Counted from the stretch's first letter, positions 12,851 through 25,326 are shown. The stretch is 64,000 nucleotides of DNA from Rhina ancylostomus (GCA_030265395.1 JARFYF010000074.1:17499684-17563683), one strand, 5' to 3'. Program-made: numbers and translations. Notes: generated by a model not told the origin, from the letters alone.

Positions 12851-13399
12851 GGTTGCTGCTCCTCAGTCCACTTTTATCAGGTATTTCACCAGATGAGCTC
12901 TCACCTAATCAGCATAACCTTCATTGTCCTTCCTCGTGTTTATGAAGGTTTCCTTTAATCTATCCATGCAGTTACACTCAAACAATCCATATGACTGGTG
13001 CCTCCTAGATTCAGACAATTCTTTGGGGAAGAACTTTGCTCTGAATTTCTTGATGGATCTTTAGAAACTACCTCACATCTTTGAGAAGAAATATCAACTC
13101 TATAGCTACCCAGTCCTATTTCTACATTTGTCAGATCGCTCTATAGTCTCTTTTCTGGATAAAACAACCACAGTGTTTCTTGATGGATGTAACCTCTCAG
13201 TTCTGATATTATCCTTGCACGTCATCATCCATTTTCCCCAGAGTCTCACTTTTCTTTTTTATAGTAGGGCTGAGCTATGGTAGAGTCATGGGCTTGTCAT
13301 CATATTCTACGTATAGTTCGATCATTGTTCCGTACGTTTAAAAGATCTGCACAGTATTAGGAAAAAAGAAATTTACAAGCATTAGGGAGAAGGCTACAG

Positions 13400-14655
13400 A
13401 ACTTTAGAACTAGGAGCAGGAACTAGGCCATCTGATCCTTCCAGCCTGTTCTGCCAATCATCAAGATCTTTGCTATCTTCTACCTTGGTACCATTTTCCT
13501 TCATTATTCCCACTATTCCCTCAATATCTAGAAAATCGTCAATCTCTGTTTTGAATGAACTCAATAACTAAGCCCTCACAACCCTCTAGTATATAGAATT
13601 CAGAAGGTTCATCACTCTCAGAGTGAAGAAATTTCTCTTCATTTCAGTAATAAATGGCCTACCCCTTTTCCTGAGACTCCTCAGTCAAGGGAAACAAGCA
13701 TCCAGCCTGTACGAATCGCATAAGTTCCAATGAGATCATCTCTCATTCATCTAAACTTTGGAGAGTGAAGGCCTAATCTACTCAATCTCACCTTGTACAG
13801 CAAACCCACTGAGTGAATCTTTGTTACACTTCCTCTGGCAAGTACATCTTTTTTAGGTAAGAAGTCCTAACTGTGAATAATATTCCATGGTCTCACCAAG
13901 GACCTATATAATTGCAGTAAGATCTCTTCACTCCTGTGCTCAGATCCTCTTGTAATGAAGACCGGCATATTTATACCTTTCCAATTGCATGTTGCACCTG
14001 CACATTTGCTTTCAGTGACTTGTGTGCAAGAATATCTGGGTCCCTTTAAATATCAACAATTCCCATTTTCTCAGCATTTAAAAAATACATTGTGTTTCTC
14101 TTTTGTGTACCAAAGTGGATGAGCTCACATTTTCTAACTTAGTTCACTCACTGAGCTTGCCTATTTTACTTTGGATCCTCTCAACATCCTCCTCCTTCCT
14201 CACAATCACAGGTTATTTTGTGTCAACAACAAACTTGAAATTAGATAACTTCAGCCAAATTGTTGTTGTAGATTGTGAATAACTGGGGCCCAAACATCAA
14301 TCCTTGCAGTACCCCTCTTGTTATGTCCTAAGACCCATTTATTTACACTCTTTGCTTTCTGCCCATGACACGATTGTCAATCCATGCCAGTTATATCACC
14401 CACAATTCCATGTGGTTTGACATTATTGAACAGCCTCCTGTGTAGCATCTTATTGAAATCCTATTGAAAATCTAAAGACACCACTTCCATTGGTTCCCTC
14501 TTATCTATTCTACTAGTCACATCCTCAAGAAACAGATTAGCTGAACATGATTTCCTTTCCAAACAGATTCAGCTCAATGTTTTTATTCTTTTCAAGGTGC
14601 TTAGTTATTACATCTTCCAGGATAGGTTCCAGCAGTTTTTCTTCTACTGACATTA
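13400..14655 (-). mobile_element. CR1 LINE, ~1.25 kb 3' portion, decayed
   Basis: Starts with tail GAACTAGGAGCAGGAACTAGGCCATC; GGGCCCAAACATCAATCCTTGCAGTACCCC is the GVxQGxxxGP RT motif on minus; ORF 14537-14866 includes KLLEPILEDVITKHLEKN. Confidence 0.85.
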
Positions 14656-14659
14656 TGCA

Positions 14660-15105
14660 TTTAAAAAGATTAAGATATGTAAAAAGAATGAAATTTGTTG
14701 AGGACAAGTATGGGCTCCTTACAGACAGGGGTAGGAGAATATATGATGGGAAATAAGGAAATGGCAGACAAATTGATTGTGATGGAACACCTAGAGGAAA
14801 CCCATGTGGCCCAAAAAAAATTGGATTAAGAACATAGAACATAACAGCACAGGCCCTTCGGACCACAATGTTGTGCCAACATTTTATCCTGTTCTAAGAA
14901 CTGTGACTGGCTTTGCAGAAAAAGATATACAAAACTGGCAGAAGTACTAAAGGACAAGAATGAGGAACTGGAGGGAATTATTGTTAGTTTAAAAAGTGCT
15001 GGAGAAGTTGGTGACGTATCCCAAGGACTCGATGTTCTATATCCCAGAGTTTTCAAAGAGGTGGATGTGGAGAAAATGGATATTCCAATTCACATCTTCG
15101 TAATT
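14660..15105 (+). mobile_element. CR1 ORF2 internal fragments, interrupted by a short minus-strand CR1 tail (~14828-14898)
   Basis: RYVKRMKFVEDKYGLLTD..G linker and a degenerate S.G.D..YPRV.KE motif near 15018-15060; the insert reads AAGAACATAGAACATAACAGCACAGGCCCTTCGGACCACAATGTTGTGCC. Confidence 0.6.
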
Positions 15106-15622
15106 TCTAAAAGAAACAACAGCTTTCAGCTGGTCACCCTTCAGTATGCCATGGACTTGTGTGCAATCCACAGGTCCAAATTATGCTGAAGTTCAGATAC
15201 TGGTGCATCTGACTGTCAGCCCATTACTGAACTCCTCATCGAGCCCAGGAAGAGAGCAGTGACTTATTGAGGAAAGGGGCCTTGTGCATTTCAAATCCGG
15301 CCTTCAATTTTGCATTAAGGGTAACTGGCATAAGTGACCCATTTGAAAGTGTTTGCAAGATCTCTGGAGAAAGGTAAGTATATATTTTAAAGTATTTATT
15401 TTCTTTTTATTGTGCCTTTAGTTTTTTTAAATCTTTTTTTTATTATTTGATAGCTGCTGAAGACCTCTTGTTGCTTGGAATTCACTGTGCTTCAACTCTC
15501 AGGTGCAGGGAATCAATTCATTTGTCGCTCCATATCCAGAAGAAATAAATCTGGGCAGGTAGTAAGGCTGGGCAATGGGCCAGGGCCAGGACCAGAACAA
15601 TCTAGTCCAATATTGCACAGGG

Positions 15623-15925
15623 CAGGCACGGTAGTGTAACTGTTCGCATAACGCTATTACAGCGCCAGCGACCCAGGTTAAATTCTGGCCGCTGTTTGTA
15701 AGGAGTTTGTACGTTCTCCCGTGTCTGCCTGGGTTTCCTCCAGGTGCTCCAGTTTCCTCCCACATTCCAAAGACGTACGAGTTAGGAAGTTGTGGACATG
15801 CTATGTCGGCGCTGGAAGCATGGCAACTCTTGCGGGCTGCCCCCAGAGCACTCTATGCAAAAAGATGCATTTCACTGTGTGTTTTGATGTACATGTGACT
15901 AATAAAGATACCTTATTTTATCTTA
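15623..15925 (+). mobile_element. Young V-SINE subfamily with Rex1-like 3' tail
   Basis: Head GGCACGGTAGTGTAAC..CCCAGGTTAAATTC, V-domain GGAGTTTGTACGTTCTCCCGTGTCTGCCTGGGTTTCCTCC, tail TTTCACTGTGTGTTTTGATGTACATGTGACTAATAAA; many CpGs retained; second copy at 31500. Confidence 0.85.
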
Positions 15926-15961
15926 TCTGATAATCCAGAATGAGACAGATATAATTTTATT

Positions 15962-16310
15962 AGAGAGATACAGCATGGAAGCAAGCACTCTGGCCCCCTG
16001 AGTCCTCACCAACCATCAACCACCCATTCACAGTTGTCCTATATTAATCGTAGTTTTTATTCTCCCCATATTCTCCTCAATTCCCCCCAGATTCTGCTGC
16101 TCACCTGCACATTAGGGGCAATTTACAATGGCCATTTAACCTTCCAACCCATAAATTTGGGATGTGGGAGGAGACCAGAGCACCCATAGAAAAATATGGT
16201 CACAGGGGGAACATGTAAACTCCACACAGACAGCACCCAGGGTCAGGATTGAACCTAGGTCTCTGGTGCTTTTTAGACAGCAGCTCTACTAGTTCACCAC
16301 ATGCCACCCA
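15962..16310 (-). mobile_element. V-SINE (HE1-like), full length
   Basis: Colinear with 3610-3935; ends TCACCACATGCCACCC (head, reverse complement). Confidence 0.85.
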
Positions 16311-17213
16311 CTTATTATACAAGATCAGTCTGGATTAATTGTGTATTCTATCTTATAATGAAAGCAGGTAATTGAATTACATATACTGACTTGCCCTTGC
16401 TTCATGGTTAAATATTTCTATCAAGTACTATTTACATATAATACATTACATGGTACGTATTCTTAAAATATTTCTGGCATTCTTCTATTGCTCATTCCAT
16501 TCGCATTTTTGATGTGAACCTAACAGCATCCAGTTAAGTGCAGAGCCATAAGACTAAAACAAACTTATAAGGGTTTAGAATTTGATATTTTTCCTCAAAA
16601 AGCTTTTATTGAAATGGGTGGGAGTTTCAGAAGAAACAAAATTACACCCTGTGAATGCAAAGTGCCTTTGGTGAATATGTGACAGAAAAGATAATATCGA
16701 TGTTCAGAAAGGAAAAGGAATTTTGTGGGAGAAGCTGGGCTGTCTAATGTGGTTTCTGTTAAATGTGGCAGTCTGTCAAATAAAAACTCTAAAATGATTT
16801 GTCAAATGTAACAGCTGGTGAAGAAATGCTCCATAACAATTGCAGCACTAATATCACTGAAAGCTCTCCCTGTTTGACATTTATAAGAAGAATAACTGAA
16901 ATATCTTTTCTTAACTGGCATTAATGTGACAGATAAGTTTGCATTTATTAGATTAACTTATTCCTCAAAGTAGAAGAGAGTGAACCTTCCTTCCTACTTA
17001 ACAGCAGGCTGAAAAGCATGTTAGTGGCTTACCATCTAATTGATAAGGTTGTTTATGCAGGCAATCGAATGTCTGGGTATAACCCGAAAATAGTCCTTGC
17101 TGTCAATGCCTTGTTCACTAAAAGTGTAGACAGAAGCAGGAGGTGTGTCAGCGAAGTGGCAGAAAGATATTTCAATTGCAAAATTGCATTAGTGATCAGG
17201 CCAGGGTTCTCAC

Positions 17214-17255
17214 CTGCCATTTTCCACAGAGGCTCAGGATCTTTCTGATGCAGTT
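17214..17255 (-). CDS. Candidate 42-nt cassette micro-exon of an unidentified host gene
   Basis: Minus strand: ttttccactctcttgcactttag | AACTGCATCAGAAAGATCCTGAGCCTCTGTGGAAAATGGCAG | gtgaga; length 3n, two open frames. No homology recognised. Confidence 0.3.
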
Positions 17256-20200
17256 CTAAAGTGCAAGAGAGTGGAAAACCACGGGGGAAGCTGAACCGGC
17301 TGTAGTTTGGCGTACGTTCTAATACTGGGTTGGAAAATATTATTGACAGGTTCTGAGGCTCAAGATCCCTACTGTTTATCCATTCGGGTGGAAAATACTT
17401 CTGATGGCAGTGGTTAAAAAATAGTGAAGAAAAGTAAAGTGATCACAGATAGGGGACAAGTCATTTGTCATTCCTGTAATCCCCACTCTATCTTGCAATA
17501 CATTAACCCAGCAATAAGTGACTGGACATTTGCGACTCTGATCAAATCATGTAGAAAATCAGAAAGTCAGTGCACCAATCTGTTGGTACTTCACTCTCAG
17601 GTTAACACATTATAGGGACAAGAGCTGCTGCGCTGTAGTAATGATATATTTAAGCATCACTAATTAGCCTTCTTGGATTTTGCTATCTTTAGCAATAATG
17701 CAGCTAAGTCCTGATAAAAAAGAGTAATGTTGTCAAAAAGCAGTTTGGTCAGATGCGTGGATCAGGATTATAGATAAAAATAGCCAATTTGCAAGTCTTT
17801 GCTCCACTGTCGTCTTCATTATTAATTCAGCAGCTCAATTCAAACAACACCAGCAGGAAACAGTAAGTATTTTAAATTATGTTAGATTTTTTAACGTATG
17901 GTACGACTGCAGCTTGTTAAAAGTAAGAAAATGAGCATTGGAAGGAGGGAAATCTGTATCATGATATTTCAGAACAAATTGTGTGATAGCTCATGGGTAC
18001 ATCCACTTCCAGCGCTGGGCAGGCCAGAAGCTGAAACTCAAAAACTGCAGATACTGGAAATCTGAAATAAAAACAATGTGTGCTGGAACTGTGAGCCTTA
18101 ATATCTACAGTCTTTAGGCATTTTCCATTCACCTCTTGTTCTTGGACAAAGGAAATATGGAGTCAGTTTGCATGTTAAGTATACAGCTGGTAGAATGAGA
18201 TCACATGCATCTCTGTTGCTTTCACACTTGAGTGCAGTGTCAGAGGCTGTTCAGCAATGAGAGAATTATAACTTAGATAATTAAAATCTAAGTATGGAAA
18301 AAATAGCAAAGAATGAAGGATCCGTAATTTTTGAGCAATATATGAAAGCAAACAGAAATGTTTAATGGAAAATGGTATCAAAAGGTATGCACTGGCAAGG
18401 ATAAATAGGGAACATTAAAAGAAATACAGTTTAAAAAAGGCAGATTCAAAAGTTTCATGCAGTCAGTGTACAGTTTAATATCAGCATTGTTCAAATCAGA
18501 ACAGTTAAATTTTAGTTTACTACTGTAAACCCCCTTGTGCATTTTGAAACATTAGTCTAATTATTCAGAAACAAAATTTACAGCTAGAAATGGTAAAACA
18601 TCCTAAGAATAAATCAAGAGCAAAACACAAAATCCTTCAAAATAACATATCCTTGTAATTTCTTGTACAGATTTATACTTTAAGTAATTTGATTGTGACT
18701 TCACTTGCATTATAAAGTGAATTTTTCATTGTGCATTCAGAAAAAATGCAGGTGGTCTTCATTGTACTTGAGTTTGGAGTTGATTATCCATGCACATTAC
18801 TGAGAAAAATTAAATTTATAGCTTGAGGTTGATATAAAATCATACTAGTTTGTTTTAATTAGTTGGTTTCTGGAAGATTTCAAAAAAACTCATGATTTTA
18901 TTTTTGAACTACTCTGGGTGCACACAAGGAAACTGCCCAAAAGGTGTACTTTAAAAATTCCAAAAATGACAAAACATTGAGTACTTGAACAGCAGATACT
19001 TCAGCCATTCTTTCAAATGATGCTTCAGCAACAAATACAAGAAGAATAAAGTAAGGCTACGTTTTATAATTATGGAGGAACTAAATTACAGTACTTGGGA
19101 TAAAACTGAGCATTAAGACAGCTATCTGAATATTTAGATCTTTGAAAGGCTTGTTTGGACCAAAGTCCTTAAAGCCAATATGGTCTGCTGATGGCCAGTT
19201 GAATTTTTTGCCAGGAAGGATTAAGTCCACAATGGATGTGATGGTACAAAAGGAACAAGGCAAGTGGCAACATTTTCAAAGGGATAGAGTTGTGGCAGCT
19301 CATCCACTTTCAAAATGAAAGTGCAATGAACCTCTCAGAATAATCTGAAGTCATGATTTTTCTCTTTTAATCAGTTTTGAAGATAGCAATTCTTCTATGA
19401 GTCATTAAATCTAAATCCATTAGTTACCTGTATAATCCGATGTGTATGCAAAATGAAATATTGGACACATTTCTGAATTTACATAATGTGCTTTAATATT
19501 TCAACATGATAGTTCAGATTAATTTGGCATGTTAATAAAATAAATGTATTGTTCAAGAGAATTTGATTGCTTAAATATATATTGGCAGCACAAAAGTGAC
19601 ACAAATGAACTCCAAGGGATATTCAGTCACTCAGAATGCTAATGAAATACTTAACCTTTCATGTGAGGTTTTTCTCATGGCTTTTCATGGGAAACATACA
19701 AGGACTACTGATGCCTGATAATGCTGGATCTGAACAGGAATTTAGAACAGAAGGACAGAAAGATAGTCAACCTTGTTGTTGACCAATGAAGCAATGCAAA
19801 TTACAGTCAGAGCCATTAAAATCTGCTTCAGGTGGGCTTGAGAAATATAAAAAGCACTTAAGGGAAAACTTCAGACTCTGAAATGATGGCTGCCTCAGTT
19901 CAAACAATAAGATATTAGATTTGTCAGTCTAATTTTAAAATCCACATTACATAATTTGAATAAATTTAACAAAAATCTGGATTCTAATCAGTTCCTAATG
20001 GAAAGCTACTGGCATGAAAATAAAGGGGAAAATTTGTATAGAACCTTGAATAACAATGGGGAAAATCCCAAAACATTTTGCAATTCTGAAATAATATTTG
20101 ACCTCAGTCACTATTAAAGAAATTCACATTTCTGTGTAAAGTTTCCCCATGAATAAACAAATCAAAACCTAAGTGTTGTGTAAAACTGAAACTGAAGTTG

Positions 20201-22819
20201 ATAATTTTTCTTTGATCTCTACAAAACATATATGCGAGTATCTTTTTAAAATAAGGACTCAGTAGCTTGCCTTCATTAATTGCTGCTCAGGTGGACCTTA
20301 GTTTTTAAACTATATTACATGTACAGTCAAAAAATAAAAATAGTAAAACTAGTTATAAACTTATAATTAATAGGGGTTTACAGCAGAGTTATTCAACATC
20401 ATATATAATGCATTTCATTCTGTGCAGCTGTGAAAGCAACATGCAAATAAGTAAGTCAATGCTGAGAAAACAGTTACTGCAGTTAGTTCTGGTATTTGTT
20501 TTATGGTAGTATTTTGGATTGCTCAAATTAGAAATTATTTAAACATTGGATGTCTTCACCTATCTTACACTATATACCATTCCCTTTCAATCTAATTTTA
20601 CTGAGGAGAGTGTAGAATAGTTGCTACAATCCTTGCATGCAATGATGTCCACTAAATAGCACTCTGATGATTAAACTATCAATCTGAAAAGAAACCACTT
20701 CTATACCATCCAATCCATTTTGCTTTAATCTAGATTTCAATGAATGCTGCAACCCAAAAATGCATATTGTTTTCTTGATAATTTTATTCCTTTCTTTCCT
20801 GTAATAATTTGTTCTTTAAAGAATATGGACCCAGAAGCATATTCCAGTGCCTAATTTAGTTTCCATTGTTCAGTTCCTACATGAACATGTATCAACTAGC
20901 AACTTGACTGGGAAAAGCATTTCACCTAGGCACCTACCCATGTGTCACTCCTCATCATTTACACCCATCTATTTTAGGAGGGTAACTTGACCAAAATGAG
21001 AAATGAGAATTGGCCAATGGCATTGCTCAAAAGGCTAACTGTAGCTCATTTATACCTTTGCTGTGATGAGTTATCGCTATATTGTTTGTGGGTCGAAACT
21101 AGAATTTTACAGGTTGGTGTAGTTCAGGAAATTGTTGGATAAATCTCCAGAGAGGTAAAGTACATGTTTCTGAATGATATAGGAATGCAAGAATCAGTTA
21201 CTAAAATTTGAAATTCATTTGCATTTGAATTTGAGACCCCAGGGTTTGCCCAAATTCCTACACAGATTAGCAATGTGTTGGTTGTGCTTTCTCATAGCTT
21301 GCCAATTACATCTTATAATTTAGTCTTGACAATTAACTTTTAGGCAACACNNNNNNNNNNNNNNNNNNNNNNNNNNNNNNNNNNNNNNNNNNNNNNNNNN
21401 NNNNNNNNNNNNNNNNNNNNNNNNNNNNNNNNNNNNNNNNNNNNNNNNNNGAGCAATATCTGAAAGCAAACAGAAATGTTTAATTCACTATAGTGAAGGA
21501 AAAGCAAAGACACATCCGTGGAATGGAAGGTCAATCAGAGGATAATTCGCTGTGGGCCTCTTCCATGTGCTTTACTGTAGCCAGTAACAAAATGGCATTG
21601 CAAGAAGCTCGAAAGAAAAGCCTTGTTTTTTTTTGATGTACAGCTTTGAATGAGTAAGAATATTTTTCTACAGGGTAGCAGGTTAATAGAACAGACTCCC
21701 ATCAAAAGAGCTATGTCAATTAACTTCCTGAAAGAGGAACATCAAGAATATTTTGTTATAGAAGGAATAGAAGTAGTTGCGATAAATTTAAGTACAAATG
21801 ATAAAGTATATTGTCGTTCTAATTGAGGTTAGACCCTAGATTTATTACCTGTAGAATGCAATTAGTTATACTTAGAAAACATGTATTAAAAATTTAAGCT
21901 GGTACTCTGAAGTATTTGCAGGATTACCTTCAAAGGTCAGTAAGAATTTTATCTTGTGTTGCATTTTTTTAAAAAGATTTTATTAGGTGTTATTCACCTC
22001 CCTCCGGAGATAAGATTAACAGGATAAAATCCTTGGCTAAGTTTTTGGGATGAAGTCATTTACCACGACAAATGGAAGTTTGTTATTTCACAGTTTTTCA
22101 TGCTTTTTTAATGCCACTCTTGTTTACCGATGCAGAATGGGGAGTAGATTATTCCTCTATTCCAGATAAGCAAAGATGAGCAAAAACATTTCAGGCAAGC
22201 CATTCATTTATTTCAGGCAAATACTTAAGGCAAGTGTGCAGATGCTTTTCATGGTTGTTTTACTGGGTTGTGTGCTTAAGTTTATGCCAGAACATGAATT
22301 ATTCTGACCCACTCCCAGCCCATTTTTCTTTTATCTCTCAATACTTTGACCAGTTAGCCATTTACTCTTAAATGTTGACTTAGAAAATGGAATTCAAGCA
22401 GTATTGAATTAGAACTCTTCAAGACTGGGAGAATAGGTGCAATATTTTTGCAGTCTTTGTGATTCAGTCAGAACAGTGAATCTGGTTGAGAACTACGAAG
22501 GAAATATGGCAATTATAGAGTTATTTGATGGGATTGTTTTACATTAGGATGTTGGAGAGATTGAAGGACATGGGTTCAAATACATTGATTCAATGCCCTT
22601 GCAAAATGTCCAATTAGAAGGAAAAGGCTTATCATGGCCTTGCATAAGAGTAGAAAATTCTTAATTTTAAGGTTAGAGAACAGAGTTCTTTTCTCTCAAA
22701 TGTACAACATTTAACATTGACAAAGAGTGCAGTTTGTAAAGTGCATATCAAACAAAGTGAAGAAACACCACATGTAAAACATATGAAGTGTTCACCTGAA
22801 ATTATAGCTCACAGTCAAC

Positions 22820-23285
22820 CAACAGCATAGCACAAAGAGGCATTGATCCACTAGTCTCACGCCAACTCCTTGAACAAGTTGTCTAATTGGCCACATTCCT
22901 TTGTTTATTGCCTGCAAAACTTTTCTTCTGCAAATATATATTCAATCCCCTTTGAAGGCTACTATTAACTCAGTTATCACTGCATCATGCACTATATTCT
23001 AGATCATAACAAAACTGTATTAACAGCTTTTCCTCATCTGTGTCCTCTGGGTCCACTTCTCTTGCTCAGCACCAACAATTTCTATTTATTTAATCCATTA
23101 AAACCTCACAAAATTCTAATAACCTCGGGTAAATCTTCCCTTCACCTTCTCCACTCTAAGGAGAAAGATCTCAATCTCTAGTTTTTCAACATCTCAAGAG
23201 CCTCAACCCCAGCATCCACTCCATGGCTTTGACACCTTTTCACCACTGTGGCATGTATATTTGTGTGTAACGTTCCAGTTCAGCT
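22820..23285 (-). mobile_element. Highly decayed CR1 3' portion
   Basis: AAATCTTCCCTTCACCTTCTCCACTCTAAGGAGAA and similar blocks colinear with other minus-strand CR1 ends. Confidence 0.55.
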
Positions 23286-23967
23286 TTTCTACTCCACTGA
23301 CGTGACCAACTTGGAAATCATGGAAGTGTTTCCTTTAAAGTTAAATTCTTTGTGCTACTTCAATGACTAGGAAAATAAACTAATCATATCTCCTTGTAAT
23401 GTGTTAAATGAAGAGTAGAAGACGTGGGGAACAGATGAACAGCTCACTACTGAAGGACAACTTTGAAAGCAAAGCCTCAAAACTATCAGTCAGCAACAGT
23501 GAGAGATCAGAACAATGGATTTTGCTTGAAGGTTTTTTCTTCCCTAGACATCTAAGTTAGTTTTGTTCCAGTTTCATCCTTAACTTTACAGGGAAATGTA
23601 GGGTGAAAATTAAGGGCTTATGTTGTTCAGCTTTTGACTCAGTAGTATTATTTCCATGGTTCTGCATGCAAGTGCCTTCATATCACTGTCACCTGCAGAA
23701 ATATGTGTGGGAAGTCATAAAAAGGGAAAAATGGAATAATTAGTGTTTGCTGTTTTATTTTATGGTCACAAAAATGTTTAACAATCTTTCTGGCTGCATC
23801 TTCGCACAGCATGATAATACAAAAGGATTTTTTTGCATCTCCTGGGGTCAGTCAGTTGTTATCTGTCAGGCAAGCATGGCCTTGGGCGACAGAGCAGCAA
23901 TTGTCAATCTAACACCAATGGGTCATTTTACTAAGTTGCTGTCAGAAGGCCCTAGGACATATTAATG

Positions 23968-25225
23968 CACGAGATGCAGGAGACTATAAATTATGGGATC
24001 TGGAGCAACAAACAATCTACTGGAGGAACTCAGCAGGTGGAGCAACATCTGTGGAGGGAAAGGAATTGTCGATGTTTCGAGTCAAAACCCTGCATCAGGA
24101 CTGAGAGTGGAGAGGGGAGATACCCAGTATAAAGAGGAGAAGGGAAGTGGTGAAACAGGAGCCAGAGCCTGATTGATGGACCGAGGAGAGGTAAAGGATG
24201 ACAGACAGATCGAGCCAGGTAGGGGAAGATGAGGGATAGAGTTGGGAGAAGGAGGCAGGTGGACAATAGATGGAGGCAGACAAAAAATAAAGAGGCAGAT
24301 GGAACCGGGTGGGGGAGAAGGACGGGTGAAGTTGGAAACAGCTGCAGGAGGGTACTAAGTGGGAACACAAAGGCTACCAGTGTTGGAATTGGATAAGTAA
24401 GGAAGCTGAACATGGGAACCATTGTGGGAGAGGTGAAGGGCAGATGCAACCAGAACCAGCTGGGGTCGGCGAGCCAGTGGGTTAAACGTGTGGGTATTAC
24501 ATAGATGGAACCAGGTGGGAGGGGGAGAGGGTGATGGTGGGATTGGGGATATGAGAAAGCGGACAAGAATGGGAGGACCAGAGGAGGCTCAGAAGGCGAG
24601 TGGGGGGGGTGAGGGAACACACTGGAGATGAGGGTTAACCTGAAATTAGAAAATGCAATGTTCATACCATTGGCCATAAGAGTTGTTGTTCCTCTAGTTT
24701 GCGCTGGTCCTTATCCTGGCGGCGGAGAAGGCCAAGGATGGACAGGTTGGTGCGAAAGTATGAAGGAGAATTAAAATGACATGCAACTGGGAGCTCAGGA
24801 TGGCCACTGCGGACAGAGCGTAAGTGCCTTGCAAGTCGGTCACCTCGTCCTTGCGTGGTCTTGCCAATGTAGAAGAGGCCACGTCAGGGGCACTGAATGC
24901 AGCAGACCACGTTGGAGAAGGTGCACNNNNNNNNNNNNNNNNNNNNNNNNNNNNNNNNNNNNNNNNNNNNNNNNNNNNNNNNNNNNNNNNNNNNNNNNNN
25001 NNNNNNGAGAGGGGTGGGAGGGGAGGGATGAGTGGACCAGGAGTCATGGAAGAAATGGTCCCTGTGGAAGGCGGAAAGGATTGTGGCGGAGAGGATGAGG
25101 CTGGTGATGGCATCTCATTGCAGCTGCCAGAAATGACACAGGAGGATGTGCTGAACGTGGAGGCTGGTGGCGTAGAAGTAAGTGAAATCTGAGACACCAG
25201 AAGAAAAGAGAGAGAAAATGTGCTG
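23968..25225 (-). mobile_element. Penelope-like retroelement, 5'-truncated: GIY-YIG endonuclease pseudogene, 3' UTR and hammerhead-bearing terminus
   Basis: Minus 24925-24680 translates CTFSNVVCCIQCP*RGLFYIGKTTQGRGDRLARHLRSVRSGHPELPVACHFNSPS..LSILGLL..RKLEEQQL, then GMNIAFSNFR after a frameshift; hammerhead-like CAGTC-CTGATGC-AGGG-TTTTGA-CTC-GAAACATCGAC at 24103-24068. Confidence 0.9.
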
Positions 25226-25326
25226 AATGCCGAAAAAATGAAATGAGTGTCCATTGATTGAAATAGTTACAATTTTTGTTGAGTCCTGAAGACGATAATA
25301 TACCATGTTGGAAGCTGATATGCTGT

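Noticed and set aside
15240-15380. Consensus donors AG|GTAAGT near 15373 and 61079
   Set aside because: No matching acceptor with a convincing open frame upstream.
15623-15690. tRNA gene calls at SINE heads
   Set aside because: A/B-box-like motifs run directly into SINE bodies; no complete cloverleaf.
24030-24677. 215-aa Pro/Ser/Leu-rich ORF
   Set aside because: Read-through of the pyrimidine-rich Penelope 3' UTR; only the first residues (GMNIAFSNFR) are real element coding sequence.
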